Shown piece by piece: positions 38,400 to 50,876 of a DNA stretch of 64,000 nt. The DNA lies in the NCBI GenBank assembly GCA_013265495.1, contig MU058531.1, positions 2,666,911 through 2,730,910 of the forward strand, read 5' to 3'. The stretch's first letter is position 1. Each line of letters begins with the position of its first letter. A program made the translations under genes and the position numbers. This stretch comes from Vicugna vicugna. Taxonomy: Eukaryota. The notes beneath the pieces were generated by a model. The model was given only the letters and a program-made list of their open reading frames with translations. It had not been told where the DNA came from and did not search any database.

Positions 38400-41130
38400 A
38401 GTTTGGCTCATAGCATTTGGTCTATCATGATAAATGTTCCATGTGCACTTGAAGAAAATATGGATTTTGCAGTTGTTCAGTGCTCTATAAACATAGATTA
38501 GGCCAAGATGTTTAATAACATTGTTTAAATTTATATCCTCACTGGCATTTTGTCATCTTGTGCTACCAATCACAGAGAGACGATTGTTACAGTCTCCAAC
38601 TGTAACTGTGGATTTATTTGCTTCTCCCTTTAATTCTGTTGTTGTGTTTTTGTGTACTTTGAAGTACTGGGTACATATACAGTTGGGATTGGTATAGGCT
38701 GTTCATTAATCATTGTGAAATATTCCTCTTTATGTCTGGTAATTCTCTTTGTCCTGAAGTATGCTTTATCTGATGTTAACATGCTTAGTGTTTGCATCTT
38801 TTTTTTTTTTTAACACTTCTTTCAATTTGTCTGTGCCTCTATACTTAATGTGTGTCTCTTTTAAATAGGACAAAGTTTGGTCTGACCATCTCTGACTTTT
38901 AATTGGAGTGTTTAGTCCATTTATAGTTAATGTAATTATTTATATGATTGGATTCAAGTCTACAATGTTGCTATTTGTGTTCTGTTTGCCCCCTTGTTTT
39001 TTGTTTTTCTGTCTTTTGGATTACCTAACATTTTTGTAGTATTCCATTCTGTTTCTTCTATTGAACGTTTAGCTACATCTGTTTTATTCTTTAAATGACT
39101 GTTCTACAGACTGTGGTATACATCTTCATCTTAATCACAGTCTACCTTAAATTAACATTCTACCACTCTGCATATGATGTAAGAAACTTACAACACAATT
39201 GATTTTATTTTTCTCCTCCCATCCTTATGCAATTATTTTCATCCATTTTTCTTCTATATAAGTTGTAGCCTATACAATAAATTATTATTATTTTTGCTTT
39301 AAATGGTCAATTGTCTTTTAAGGTATTTAAGAAAAGAAAAAAAAATCGTCCTTTCTATTTATGGGTATATTTGCCATTTCCAGTGCTTTTCATTCTGTCA
39401 TGTAGATTCACATTTCCATTTCATTATTTCTCATCATCCCAGAGAATCCCTTTAGCATTTTTTATACTGCAGTTATGTAGATGATGAGTTGTCTCAGCTG
39501 TCCTTTATCTAGAAATGTCTTGGTGTTACCTTAATTTTTGACGAGTATATTCTCTAGATATAGAATTTTAGCTTTACAGGATTTTATTTTCCCTCCAGCA
39601 CTTTTAAACTGTATTTCATTGTTTTCCCAAATCCATTGTTTCCCTTGAGCAGTCTGTTGTCATTTGTAAGGATGTCCCTTTGTATGTAATCTTTTTTCTC
39701 TGACTGCTTTTCAGATATTAACACTGTCTTTTGCTTTCAGTAGTTTTACTTTGATGTGACTAGATGTTTTCCTTGACTTTATTCTGCCTAGGGTTTCATT
39801 AGTGTCTTGGATTTGTGGGTTGAACAAAGAAAATATTTCTTTAAATATATATTTTTTTATCCAGTTCTCTTTTCTCACTTTTTGGAATTTCAATTATATG
39901 TATATTGGGCCAGTTGAAACTTTCCCAAGGGTAGTCAAACCTCTATTCTTTATTTTTTTTCCCTCTCTGTTAATTCAGTTTATGTAATTTCTATTAACCT
40001 GTCGTCGAGTTCACAAATCTTATTTTTTTTCTATGCTGCCATATTTGCTTTGATTCCTCAATGAATTTTTTATTTCAAGTATTACATCTTTCAGTTCTAG
40101 GAATTCCCTTTGATTCTTTTTTAGAATTTCACACTTTTCCTGAAATTCTCCATTTCTTCACCCACTGTATTCATTTTCTCCAATAAATTCTGTAACATGT
40201 TTATCAGAGTTATTTTAAAGTTATTGTATGCTAATTCTAACATTTGATCAACTCTGGATCTGTTTCTATTGAGTGTTTTTTGTTTCCATGTCTTAATCAC
40301 ATTTTCCTGCTTTTTCGCATATCTAGTAATTTTTGCTTGATGATGATACATCACCGAGATTCTGGGTTCTGTTTTCTTCTTGCGTAGACTATTGAATTTA
40401 GTTCTATTGGCAGATCACCTTGATCCTGTGATTGCATGTCTTACGCTTTGTTAGAGTGGATTTAGACTTTGCCTTTAATTCTAGGGCATAGCCTTTAGTC
40501 CTGGGGATATGATCCTTACTCTTAAGGTGTGGCCCTTCTGGATTTCAGTGGAAGGCGAAGGCTCACAGTGTTTACCAACTCCTTGTAACTTGCAGAGACT
40601 TGAACTCCAAACTCTGGATCCCCAGAACTGCATAGTTTAGTTTTTCTCAGGCTTTCAGTTGCTGCTTTCCACTGGGGTCCTGTGGTCTTTCCCATGAATA
40701 CACAACTCAGGGGTTGGTAAAGAATTTGAGGAGAATTTATATGGAAAATTTGAGACTCCTTCTCTGTGACTCACTGTTTCTGGGATTCAGAATTTTCAGC
40801 TGCTGTGACAACTCTAAAATTCAAACTCTGAGTCTTCAGCTTGATTTCAAAAAAAAAAAAACACACACACAAAAAACCTGACACTTTCTGCTTGAGCTCC
40901 ATCTATCTTGTATAATGCAGACTGAGGGGTGCCTTTAGGTGAAAATCTATATAAAAGTAGATTTCATCCATTTCAATTCCCTTCTTTAGGAGTCTCTTCC
41001 TTCCAGTTTCTGCTGGCCTTTGATTGCTCTCTAGTGCCTTCAAACTGTTGTTATTTTTGTTTTGTCCAGTGTTTATAATTACTGATAGGAATGTTAGTCT
41101 GAGATAAGCTAATCCATTTTGCTGGAAGTT
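38400..41130 (-). mobile_element. Ancient L1 (L1ME/MC-type): 5'UTR, ORF1 and endonuclease relic
   Basis: Degenerate EN motif (FFKCTW/SSAHGTF-like region, 38420-38470); ORF1-like peptides at 39711-39893 and 40121-40354. Confidence 0.7.
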
Positions 41131-41186
41131 CCCAGAGTGATTCTTTAAAAACACAGTTTAGATTTCCTCCAGTGGCTCCCCAAATT

Positions 41187-41640
41187 TCTTGGTTTGAGTT
41201 CTCTCAGAAGCAGATTCTGAGATAAGGATTTTCAGTGAAGATTGTTTATTTGGGAGGTGATCCCAGGAAACACCTGTAAGGGAGTGGGTCCATGAGATGT
41301 CAAAGCCAACAAAGAATGTATTATTAAATAATGAACTACAATTGGAGCTCAGTTCTGCAAGGAACTCTGGAAGACAGTGAAATTATGTCTCATTATACCA
41401 ACCAAGGTACATGGTTGGCTATTTATCCATTAAACCCCTATATTTATCCATTAATGGTGAGGACACTTATCCACCAATGCCCTGTCAGAGAGTAGCTTCC
41501 AGGGTCATTGATCCCCAGAACTTCTGGCTTGGCCTACATGCTGTCCTCAGGCAGACAATCACAGGTTTTTGCAGTAAGCAAACTTTGGTATTTAGATTTG
41601 AATGCTGAGGAGATACAAGTGAGGGCTCTACATGATTAGT
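41187..41640 (-). mobile_element. ERVL-class LTR (LTR16/LTR33-like) within an L2 relic
   Basis: 'cagaagcagattctgagataaggattt...gtttatttgggaggtgatcccaggaaacac'. Confidence 0.55.
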
Positions 41641-41649
41641 ACTCTAGCC

Positions 41650-42172
41650 TACTAAGAAAAAAAAAATCAAAACTTCCTATCCTGACTGAAAAAAGCATTG
41701 CTTATAATTCCTATTTCATTTCTCACCATTCTTCTTCTCATCCACTGAGACCCTAGCATGGTCCTTTGATTTTTTTCTTGAACACACAAGCTTGTTTTTT
41801 CTTTAAGGCATAGTATGTACTTGCTGTCTCTCTGCCTTGAATGTTCTTCACATTTGGCTCCTTTTTTATATTCAAATTTTAGCTCACTGTTTCCTTCTCA
41901 GAGATGTCTTCCCAGAGTTCCTTGTCCAAACTAGCCTCCAACTCACTTCTATCATGTCACCCTATCTTAATTCTATGCATATCCCCTATACTGACTGAAT
42001 TTTTTTTTTGAAATTTATGCATTTGCTTGTCTGTCATCTACTTCTCCCACCAATATAAAAGCTGTGTGAGAGCAAGAAATTTGTTTATCTTGTCACAGTG
42101 TAAACTCTGGAGCTTACAATAGGAACTCACAGATATTTGTTGAATGAATGAGTAACTAAAAGGATGAATGAA
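41650..42172 (+). mobile_element. L2 LINE 3' end
   Basis: CT-rich body ending in the L2 terminal 'atatttgttgaatgaatga'. Confidence 0.7.
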
Positions 42173-42224
42173 CATACTAAGGTTTGCAAATAACATAAAT
42201 TACAAATAAAAAAAAGTAAAGTGA

Positions 42225-42660
42225 AAGAAACCCAAGTATCCAGTATCCATAGACTGATGAATAAATGAACAAAATGTGGTATATATATACAATGGAATGT
42301 TACTAATCTTTAAAAAGGGAAGGAAGTTCTGATACATGCTACAACATGGATAAACCTTGAAGATATTAGACTAAGAAAAATAATCCAGTCACAAAATGAC
42401 AAAAATGGTGTGATTCCAGTTATGTGAGGTACATGGAATAAATTCATAGTGACAGAAAGTAGAATGGTGGTTGCCAGGAGCTGGCAGGAGATAAGAAGGG
42501 GGAACTAGTGTTTAATGGGTATAGAGTTTCATTTTGAATAAGAGGAAAAGTTCTAGAAATGAATGGTGGTGGTAGTTGTACGATCATGAGAATGTACTTA
42601 ATGGCACAGAACTGTACACTTAAAATGGTAAATTTTATGTTATGTTAAATATATTGAAAT
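42225..42660 (+). mobile_element. L1MB-type 3' fragment
   Basis: 'aacccaagtatccag...aacaaaatgtggtatatatatacaatggaat...aactgtacacttaaaatggtaaattttatgttatg'. Confidence 0.8.
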
Positions 42661-43132
42661 AAAGTTAAATAAAGTAAAATTAAAGTAAAGTGAAAGTAAA
42701 AGTAAATATATTAAAGTAAAATTTAAAAGTTACTTCTCAGTCTACAGAGAAAGATTAAGCCTGGATTTGAAATCTGACTCAGTCCTTACTGTACCACCTT
42801 GAGCAAGTTACATTATGAAATTTCTATGAACCAGTCTCCTCATGTATAAAATGGAAATAATGATAGTACCCACCCTATGAATTTGTCATAATAATGCATT
42901 CATTCCTGGGCTTATAAATCATTTTATGTATCATTAAAACTTCAAAATAATTTTGGGCTCTGATACTGAATTGACATTCTTTTTTAATCAAATAACATAC
43001 TGAAAGCAGCACCAAAACAAAACTTTCATCCACTGTGATGATCACTTCATGAAAGAAAAAAGTATTTTAATGCAAAAAGAAATCTAGGAAGAGAACAATC
43101 TCAAAGTAAAGAACACTTTTTAAACATTTTAA

Positions 43133-45110
43133 AACTTCCAATATCAATTATTGTAGCTGAGGTAATTCAGACCAACCCTTCTCCTGAAGATAACTAGAAA
43201 AGCTAAACAAAATATATTTAAAAAAAAATTTGAAGACATCAAAGAGACAGATAGTGAAGAACTACTGGTCCAGCACCCAAGAGAAGAAGGAGATCCAGAA
43301 AGGTGATTCTGGCAGTTAAGGTGTTTGTGGAATCTGGATGAGGTGGTTGAGAGGCTGATCAGAACTTTTAACTGCCTCATGAGGTTAAGGAAAATAATTA
43401 GAATTCGAGACCTATAAAAGTGGTTGGCTGACCCCTCCCACCACTGCCCCTTTGAGTTGAGCCCTTGAAATGCTGCACCTTAAGATAAAGAGTAAACTTT
43501 GGGCTTTCTCAGCACAGCTTTGGATGGTATCAGTCCTTGAGGTTGGATTAAGTTAATTTTGAATTGGTAGTGTCCCTATGCACCTGCAACAAGTACATGT
43601 AAATCCTATCTAGAGGAAGATAATACCCTAGGTCTCAAAATAAGTACAAATAATTTTCCAAATGCAATTTGTAGCACACAACAAAAGTAACCAAGTGCAC
43701 ATGGAGGCAAGAAAACCTGCATGAAACCAAGAGAAAGAACAGATAATAGAAGAGACTTATATGGGCTCTAAATATTCGAATTCTTAAACACAGACATTAG
43801 AATAATTATGCTTAATATTCAAAGGAATAAATGATGAGATTGAGAATTTTGGCAGAGATCTTAAAACTAAAATAAAGGATCTAGTAGATTTGAGAAAGAA
43901 TCAAATAGGCAATCTAGAACTGAAAAACACAATAACCCAAGTTAAGAACATAGGTGATAGACTTTATAGAAAATTAGATGGGGTTGGAGAGAGAACTAGT
44001 GAAATGGAAGATACGTCAGTGGAAAAGATCCAGAATGATGCATGGAAAGACAAAAGAATAGCTAATACAGAAGAGAAGACAAAACACAAAGATCTAATGT
44101 ACATGTATTTTGAATCCCAGAAGTAAAGGGGAGAAAATGGGGTAGGAGTAATCTTTGAAGAGATAAAGGCTAAGAGTTTTCATAAACTAATAAAATCATC
44201 AAGCCACAGCTTCAAACTCAAACAGGTTAAGTATAAAGAAACACACAGCTGGATCCATCAGAGTAAAACTGCTGAAAACCAAAGACAAGATAAATCTTAA
44301 AAACAGCCAGAGAAAAAATATGGATTACTTACAAAGGAGCAACATTTAGACTGACACCTAACTTCTCAAGAGAAACAGTGAATGATTCTCAATGAAACAA
44401 TGGAAGTCGGAAAACAATAAAATTATATCTTTAATGGCTGAAAGTAAAGAACTGCCAACCTACTATTCTAAACCCAAGAATAAATCCTTTAAGAATGACA
44501 AACAAAAGTTAAAAAAAAATGTATCATCATGGACTGCAATAATGGAAATATAAAAGGGTGTTCTTCAGGCAGAGAAAAAATAATCCCAGATGGAATCTCA
44601 AAGATACAGAAAGACATAAGAGCAACAAAAAGGCAAATATTTGATAAATCTAAATTAATATTAACTGTATGAAACCACTATAATATCTAGGGTAGTTCAA
44701 AGTACAGACATAAACATGGCATAACATTGTGCAGGAGGGGTTAATAAGGAAAGGGTAAAATTTTCAAATAACACTAGAACTTAGTAAAGCAAGCATGTTA
44801 TAATCTCTAGAGTGGCCCCTGAAAAATAGTCTTCGGTGTATAAATTTCCAAGCAAATGGTGGGATGGCTGGAGTAATAAACAATATTCAATTAACCCAAA
44901 GGGAAACATGAAAGGAGACCAAAGGAACAGAACAGGTGAAACAACTTAGAAAGCAAATTATAAAAATGGTAGATTTAAACCCATGCAAATCAGGAATTAC
45001 TTTAAATGCTAAAGGATGAAGAGTTCAATTAAAAGACAAAATTGTCAAATTGGAAAAAAAAAATCTAACTACATATTGTTTACAAGAGGCATATATAAAA
45101 TATAAAAAAG
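43133..45110 (+). mobile_element. Ancient L1 (L1ME-type): 5'UTR, ORF1 and start of ORF2 relic
   Basis: ORF1 coiled-coil remnant (43890-44126 LELKNTITQVKN...RTSEMED); EN start 'attactttaaatgctaaagga...aattaaaagaca...tgtttacaagag'. Confidence 0.75.
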
Positions 45111-45574
45111 TCTGCTGGACCCCATATGGCTGGAATGTGTCATGGGGGCACCCATGACCTTATTTTCAAAAGAGGAATAAAATATAATGATACATAATTT
45201 TGTTGAGTGTTTACTAGAGGACCAGACTAAGCATTTTATACAGCGTATCTCAACTACTAGTGTCCAGCAGACTTTTCTTGTTAGCATTTTCAGGAGCTGT
45301 CCCACCACAGGGTGCTGGTGGGAGGCACACAGCGGTAACAGGAATTATCTCCACACTGCGGGAGAGCTTTCTGGGCATGTTTGCTCCCAAATCCAGGAGG
45401 TGATGCTTCTGGTTTTAAAATAAAAACCCTGCAGAAATCAATCTGATATTTAGTTGAGCAAAACAAACCTTCCTTCCTATCCTGACAGCCCTTACTTTCA
45501 AACTCAATCCAAATGTGGGATGTGGAAGCAAGGAAGTCTGAATGACATCGCACTAACTTTGCAGTCAAGAGGCA

Positions 45575-46050
45575 GAAGGAGCATCACAGAGTCTGGGATT
45601 TTATCCGAACTCTGCTCTTGCCAGCTGCATGACCTTGGGCAAGTCATTTGCCCACCTTAACTCGATTCCTTTAGTAAAGTGGGGGTAATCCTACTGGCCT
45701 CACGTTGTGGTAGGGTTAAATGAGATACTGTGAATGAAAGCTCATCTGTCTTCTATGTGGGACTCTCCCTCTCCAGTGCCCCATGTGCACATGCCAGTAC
45801 CCAAAACCTCAAATCCCAGTTCACTTTGCCCAACTTTTTTTGTTTTGCAGATGAGAAAACTCAGGCACAGAGAGGACAAATGCTAGCTATGCAGTCTCAG
45901 GCAAATTGCTTGAATCTCTCTGGTCCAGTTTCCTCATCTATGTTATAGGGATGTTAGGAGCAGCCTCACTGAGTTTTTGGGAAGACTGAATGAAAAAAAT
46001 GAATGTAAATGACCTGGCACTTGGTAGCCATTTGATGCCTGGTAGCAGCT
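45575..46050. mobile_element. Cluster of MIR fragments (both orientations)
   Basis: 'gaccttgggcaagtcattt', 'ttttgcagatgagaaaactcaggcacagaga', 'cagtttcctcatcta'. Confidence 0.7.
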
Positions 46051-46191
46051 ACTGTTTTTCAAATGAATATTATCATTTTGTGTAGCATGTGAGAAGTCAT
46101 CCCTCTCTGAGGCATTAAGAGCTCACAGGCTGCAGCCATCCAGTCACAAACCCTGGAGTTGGTGGCTTATCCTGGGAAGACCTTCCTCACG

Positions 46192-46208
46192 GGGTCAGGT
46201 AGAGTTCA
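46192..46208 (+). promoter_or_regulatory. DR5 retinoic-acid response element motif
   Basis: GGGTCA-ggtag-AGTTCA, perfect RGKTCA(n5)RGKTCA; motif only. Confidence 0.5.
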
Positions 46209-46426
46209 GTGAGTTCGCAAAGAAGTGTGATTTTAGACGCTCCAAGGTACATCCACTCAGCTCCTCTCCACTCCCTCTGCCTGTTATTAAACTGGTAGTT
46301 TTTACAACATCAATAAAGAACTTTCCTACCCAATTACCCCAGACAATAGGCTGAAAAGCAGTTTCGACTATGAAAACTTCATGTTGGGTTCATTTAGATT
46401 GTTTTGCTGTGTCAAATCCTCACTTG

Positions 46427-46455
46427 AGTTCAAAAGTTCAGCTGAACCATGAACT
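46427..46455. promoter_or_regulatory. Composite nuclear-receptor element (DR2 on +, DR1 on -)
   Basis: AGTTCA-aa-AGTTCA-gc-TGAACC-a-TGAACT; motif only. Confidence 0.45.
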
Positions 46456-47120
46456 TTGTAATTTCACAGCAGGCAGTTCTACAAATATAGTGGAAAGTGA
46501 AAAAACATACAATATTTAATTTTAAGGTGGGCTTGTCGTGTTGTATATAATCTGGTTAGGAATGGGTGTACGTGAAATAGCCCTTAATTTACAGCTCACG
46601 GTAACACATCAAGAAGAAAGGGAAACAAAATTAAACTGAGCTATTCCTTGAATTACCTGACCTCTGAGGCTTCAGAGGGAACGCACATTTGTGACTAATC
46701 ATTAGTGGACAAACTCAAGCCAGCTAATCTTCTTAATAAATTGTGAAGTCTTGTATACCTCTTGGTTTTAGTGGTGGCTTTTCTGCCTGTCTGGAACAGG
46801 CAGCATATCCAAACAAAAGGGTCATGACTTTATGTATTTGTTAAAGTTAAAATCCATGTTCTCATATAACTCAGGCTTGATTTGACCTGGTTACACAAGT
46901 GGAGGTGGAGCGAAAGTTTCACAGGAATGAGAATAATGCTGTCCTTTCACTTATCTATTAATAAACACACACACACAAGTTCAAGAACCCCTCATTTTGT
47001 AAGATTTGTGTTTGTGCAGCTTACATACGGGGTAAAACAAACAAGATAACTAGCTCACTTCGGTTAGGCTGTCTTTCAGCTCATTTCCAGTGAGTCCCCA
47101 ATGCCGTGGAACGTGATTTT

Positions 47121-47247
47121 TTTTCAAGGGGAGGGAAGTAATTAAGGGGTTTTAATTTATTTTTTTTAATGAAGTACTGGAGATTGAACCCAGAACCTTG
47201 TGCATCCTAAGCATGCACTCTACCACTGAGCTGTACCCTCCCCTCAA
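47121..47247 (-). mobile_element. vic-1-type SINE
   Basis: tRNA-Ala head; perfect 14-bp TSD tggaacgtgatttt (47107-47120 / 47248-47261). Confidence 0.92.
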
Positions 47248-50200
47248 TGGAACGTGATTTTATGTCATATCAACATTTTCTTCATTTGTTACAAGGAAAT
47301 GGGTTTCTCACTGGTTTTGATGGTGCAGCTTGTAAAGGTGAAGGGACAACTTGGGGCCGAGAGTCTGGGTCGGGGGGTCTGCCGAGCAAGGTGTGTTTTT
47401 ATACAGCAGCTGTTTTTTCCCCTTTATTGACCGAGGAAGGTCTTGGTCTGTGGGGTCAGCAGAGGGAAGCTACGCTTGGTCATTTGTGGATGCAGAGAGG
47501 AAAAGGGGGGTGAGAAGGTCACATCCTGTGACGGATGGCTCCTCATGAGTTAAATGAGACCAGCTTTTTGAAAGCAGTTTCCCTTTTCCCTGACCTTTAT
47601 CTTAAAGTTGCCAGGATTCCAGCTCTGGCCAGCTCAGAACACTTGTTAGAAAAGTCCCTCAGCAGGGACAATCTGACACTATCCTCCAGTCTTCACTGGT
47701 GTGCTTCTCCAAGCGGGAAGGTCTTGTCAGGTTTGGGCAAGGATTGGTGAAACTTTGTTTTTTTTCCAGACATAAATCATCACATTAAATTTTGTGCCTC
47801 CAACCAAGAAGCAGGATAATAAAGGGGGAGAGAGTGGAGCAGAGGCTGTGAATCTGGTTGGCCTAGTTAAAGGTGGTCTGTCTTCCTGGAGTGGTGGGGA
47901 TGGAAGGAGAAACAAGGGTCACTGCCTTTGTGGCTGGATGAACCGGGCTGCCTAGATTTTACAGCCCGCTTTCTGGTTGACTTGCCCTCCACAGTGGGGC
48001 TGCGTGTCTCCTGATGAGGCCGGGACAGAAGGGGAGTTGGTGGCATTCTTTTCAAGGGCTTGTAAGATAGTGAATAACGACAGGAGTTTTTGTTCCTTCA
48101 GAAAGCATATGGGGAGGGCGCACTCCGGGGGAAGGATGGGGACCGGTCAGGCAGAGGTCGGCCGGGAAGAGGAGACTTCTGGGGGAGACACTGGGCGGTG
48201 CAAGCGGGGAGTGGGGGCTGTGGGCTGCTCTGCACCCCTTGGTCGTGTCTGTACAACAGTGAGAAGGGGTTGTGGGTTCTCAAGGGACAAGAGCATGTGT
48301 GTGGCAGTGACCCCAGAATAAAAGGAGGAGACGGATGGGAAAACAGGAAAGAAACAAGATTTCCGAGGGGGTCAGGCTGAGGAGGTCTGCACAGGCTTGG
48401 GGAGGGCTGGACTTAGGGTGCGTTTGTGTGGCAACGATGGAAGAGATGGCAGTTCAGATGCAAAAAAACCTAACTTTCAGCTCCCTGTGGGTCTGCTCTG
48501 TCCCATGATTTACCTGCCTATATGGATCCTACTCTGCTGTAGTTTTTAGGACCCTCAACAGCTGTCCAGAGGTCACCATAACATGACTTGTTACCTTCCC
48601 TAAATCAGTATCTATGTATTTCATCTCTAATCCTAAAAGGTATGTGTTAGGATCTATAGTTTATGAGTGAGGGAATTGAGGCCCAGGGGTTAAATGATTT
48701 AACAGGTATACCCACTAGAAAGTGGCAGGGATGGTCTGGGAACCAACCCCCCCTCACGTTAGGTCTCATGGAGAGAAGGACCTCATTTGGGTGGTGGGGA
48801 CAGAAATGGCTGCCTTTGTGGATGGCTATAGCCCCCACCAGAAGGACTGTGGGGTGGATTTGCGAAGCCCCAAGGGTGTCCTGGGGTGACATCCTTGGCC
48901 AAGGTCATCCCAGCATCCTTCCTGCAGTTAGAACAGGGCAAGGTTTTAAGTCTGGATTCCTGTCCAGCAGGACTTTGTTTAAAAAAAAAAAGAATTAAGC
49001 TCTTTTTAAATGGTCTCATTAAGTCCAGGATAATTTGTGAGACCTGCCAGTGATGAGAAAAGCAAAAGGAAAAACCACACTCAATTTGCTGTGCACTTTC
49101 CATGTCCTCCGTTCTCAGTGGCTGGCCAGGGTGGTGCCGAAGGCAGCGGCTCAGGTAGCCACATTTAGATCATGCCATCCACCCTCCACATCAGAGCTGA
49201 TTGGACGTGATGAAGGTTGCTGAGCTAACCTGACTGAAGAAAATAAGCTGTGCCCCTTGGGATGATTTGGCTTTGGGAAACTGAGCAACTGAGTGCGTGT
49301 GTAAGGGAAATTGAAAATGAAAAGGCAGGATTTGAGAGAAAAGGGAAGCCGTTCTAGATAATGAGAACAGCATAACCAAATTCACGTAGATGACAAGGCT
49401 TTTCCACCCTGTTTTGGGGCTGGTCAGTGACCACTTTGCCCAGAGTGGAGAGCTGGTGTGGGGAGGGGTAGGACATGGGGAGGAGGGGTAGCCCTCATAA
49501 CTGGGTTGAGGGAGACCCTCAGATGCTGGGCTAAGGACTTTGGTCTGTAGGTGATGGGGAGCTATTGAAAATGCAGTACAAGGTAGGGAGGCAGGAAGTA
49601 TATTTTCAAAATCTGAACCTTGTAGCAATGTGCAAAGTGGATTGAAGTATATGAATCTGAAGACTCATTAATGTCAGACAATAGTCAAATGTCATAATCA
49701 CAGTTTGGGCTGCCTCTTAAGCTGACACAAAGATGATCATTATATAAATAACTCGTGTCTCTGCTGCGTCCTCTGTTCTCAAGCTGATTGCTGGTTTCTA
49801 CTCATTCACCACATATCATTTAAGACTTTGTCTATCCTAGCAGTGTGCCTGTCCCTCTGTTTAGCACTGGCAGCCTTCTGCTTCGTACAGTTATTTATAT
49901 GTCTGTCTCCACCACTATAGCACCTCCTGGGGGAATCCAAATTTCCAATTTGAGTCTGTTTCCTAGAGCATGCCTAGACTAAGATTACTGGAGCCAAGGA
50001 GATCTCTATCAAAGAAATAGCAACCCTGCCTCCTAGTTCCTGAACTTGGCTTCCAGGGTGGAATCTATTATTAAATAAATAAGGTATTAACCAAATCAAA
50101 CAACTTTTAATGACCCAGAAAAAATAATTCAACTCACTGAGAAAAGTAAAGAGAAGACATCTCAGCAACACGGCTCTCAGTGGAGTCCGAGAATGCTGGT

Positions 50201-50687
50201 AGCAATGTGATTTCACAGAATCTTGCAAGAATCCCATGCAGTTTCCTGGAGAAGATGGACACCTGCCCTCCAGACTTTGTTTACATGTGCTTATAGACAA
50301 GAAAGAGAGCTAGAGGTCTCCTTCCTTCCTTCCTTCCTTCCCCACGAATTGAGCCTCACTGGGTGTCGGGCACTGTGCTAGGCCCCGAGGATGCAAAGAC
50401 AAGGAGACCTCTCTTAGCCCTTGGGGAGGAGGCTGCAGATGTGCCAGCTAATCCAGGGTGAACAAGGGTCCCACGGAGGGGGAAAGATGTAGGAAAGAAC
50501 CATTAGTTCTGCTGTTGGGAAAGTACAAGAGTCCAGGAAGTCTTCCTAGGGGAGATTGATTTCAAACTAGGCCTTTGATGTTGAGAAATTCGAGTGGGAT
50601 GAGGATGAGAATGGGGTGAAGAGAGGGCACTTGAGGCAGGGGACACGGTAGAAACAAAGACACAGAGGGGCTCAAGGTTTTTTTTTG

Positions 50688-50876
50688 CAGCACGGCTGCT
50701 GTTGACATTTTGGTCAGGACTGTTCTAGGACACTGCCCACTCCCCAGTTATACTGCACAGTTTATATCTCTTCCCTACCTGCACTCCATAGTGACAATCA
50801 AAGCTTTCCAAACATTTCCAAAGGCCCAGGGATGAGGGGTGGGTAAGGGTTCACCATCCTGCATGAGAACCACTGG
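50688..50876. mobile_element. MER20-like hAT-Charlie MITE
   Basis: 'ctgttgacattttgg...gtgacaatcaaa...ccaaacatttccaaa...tgagaaccactg'. Confidence 0.6.
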
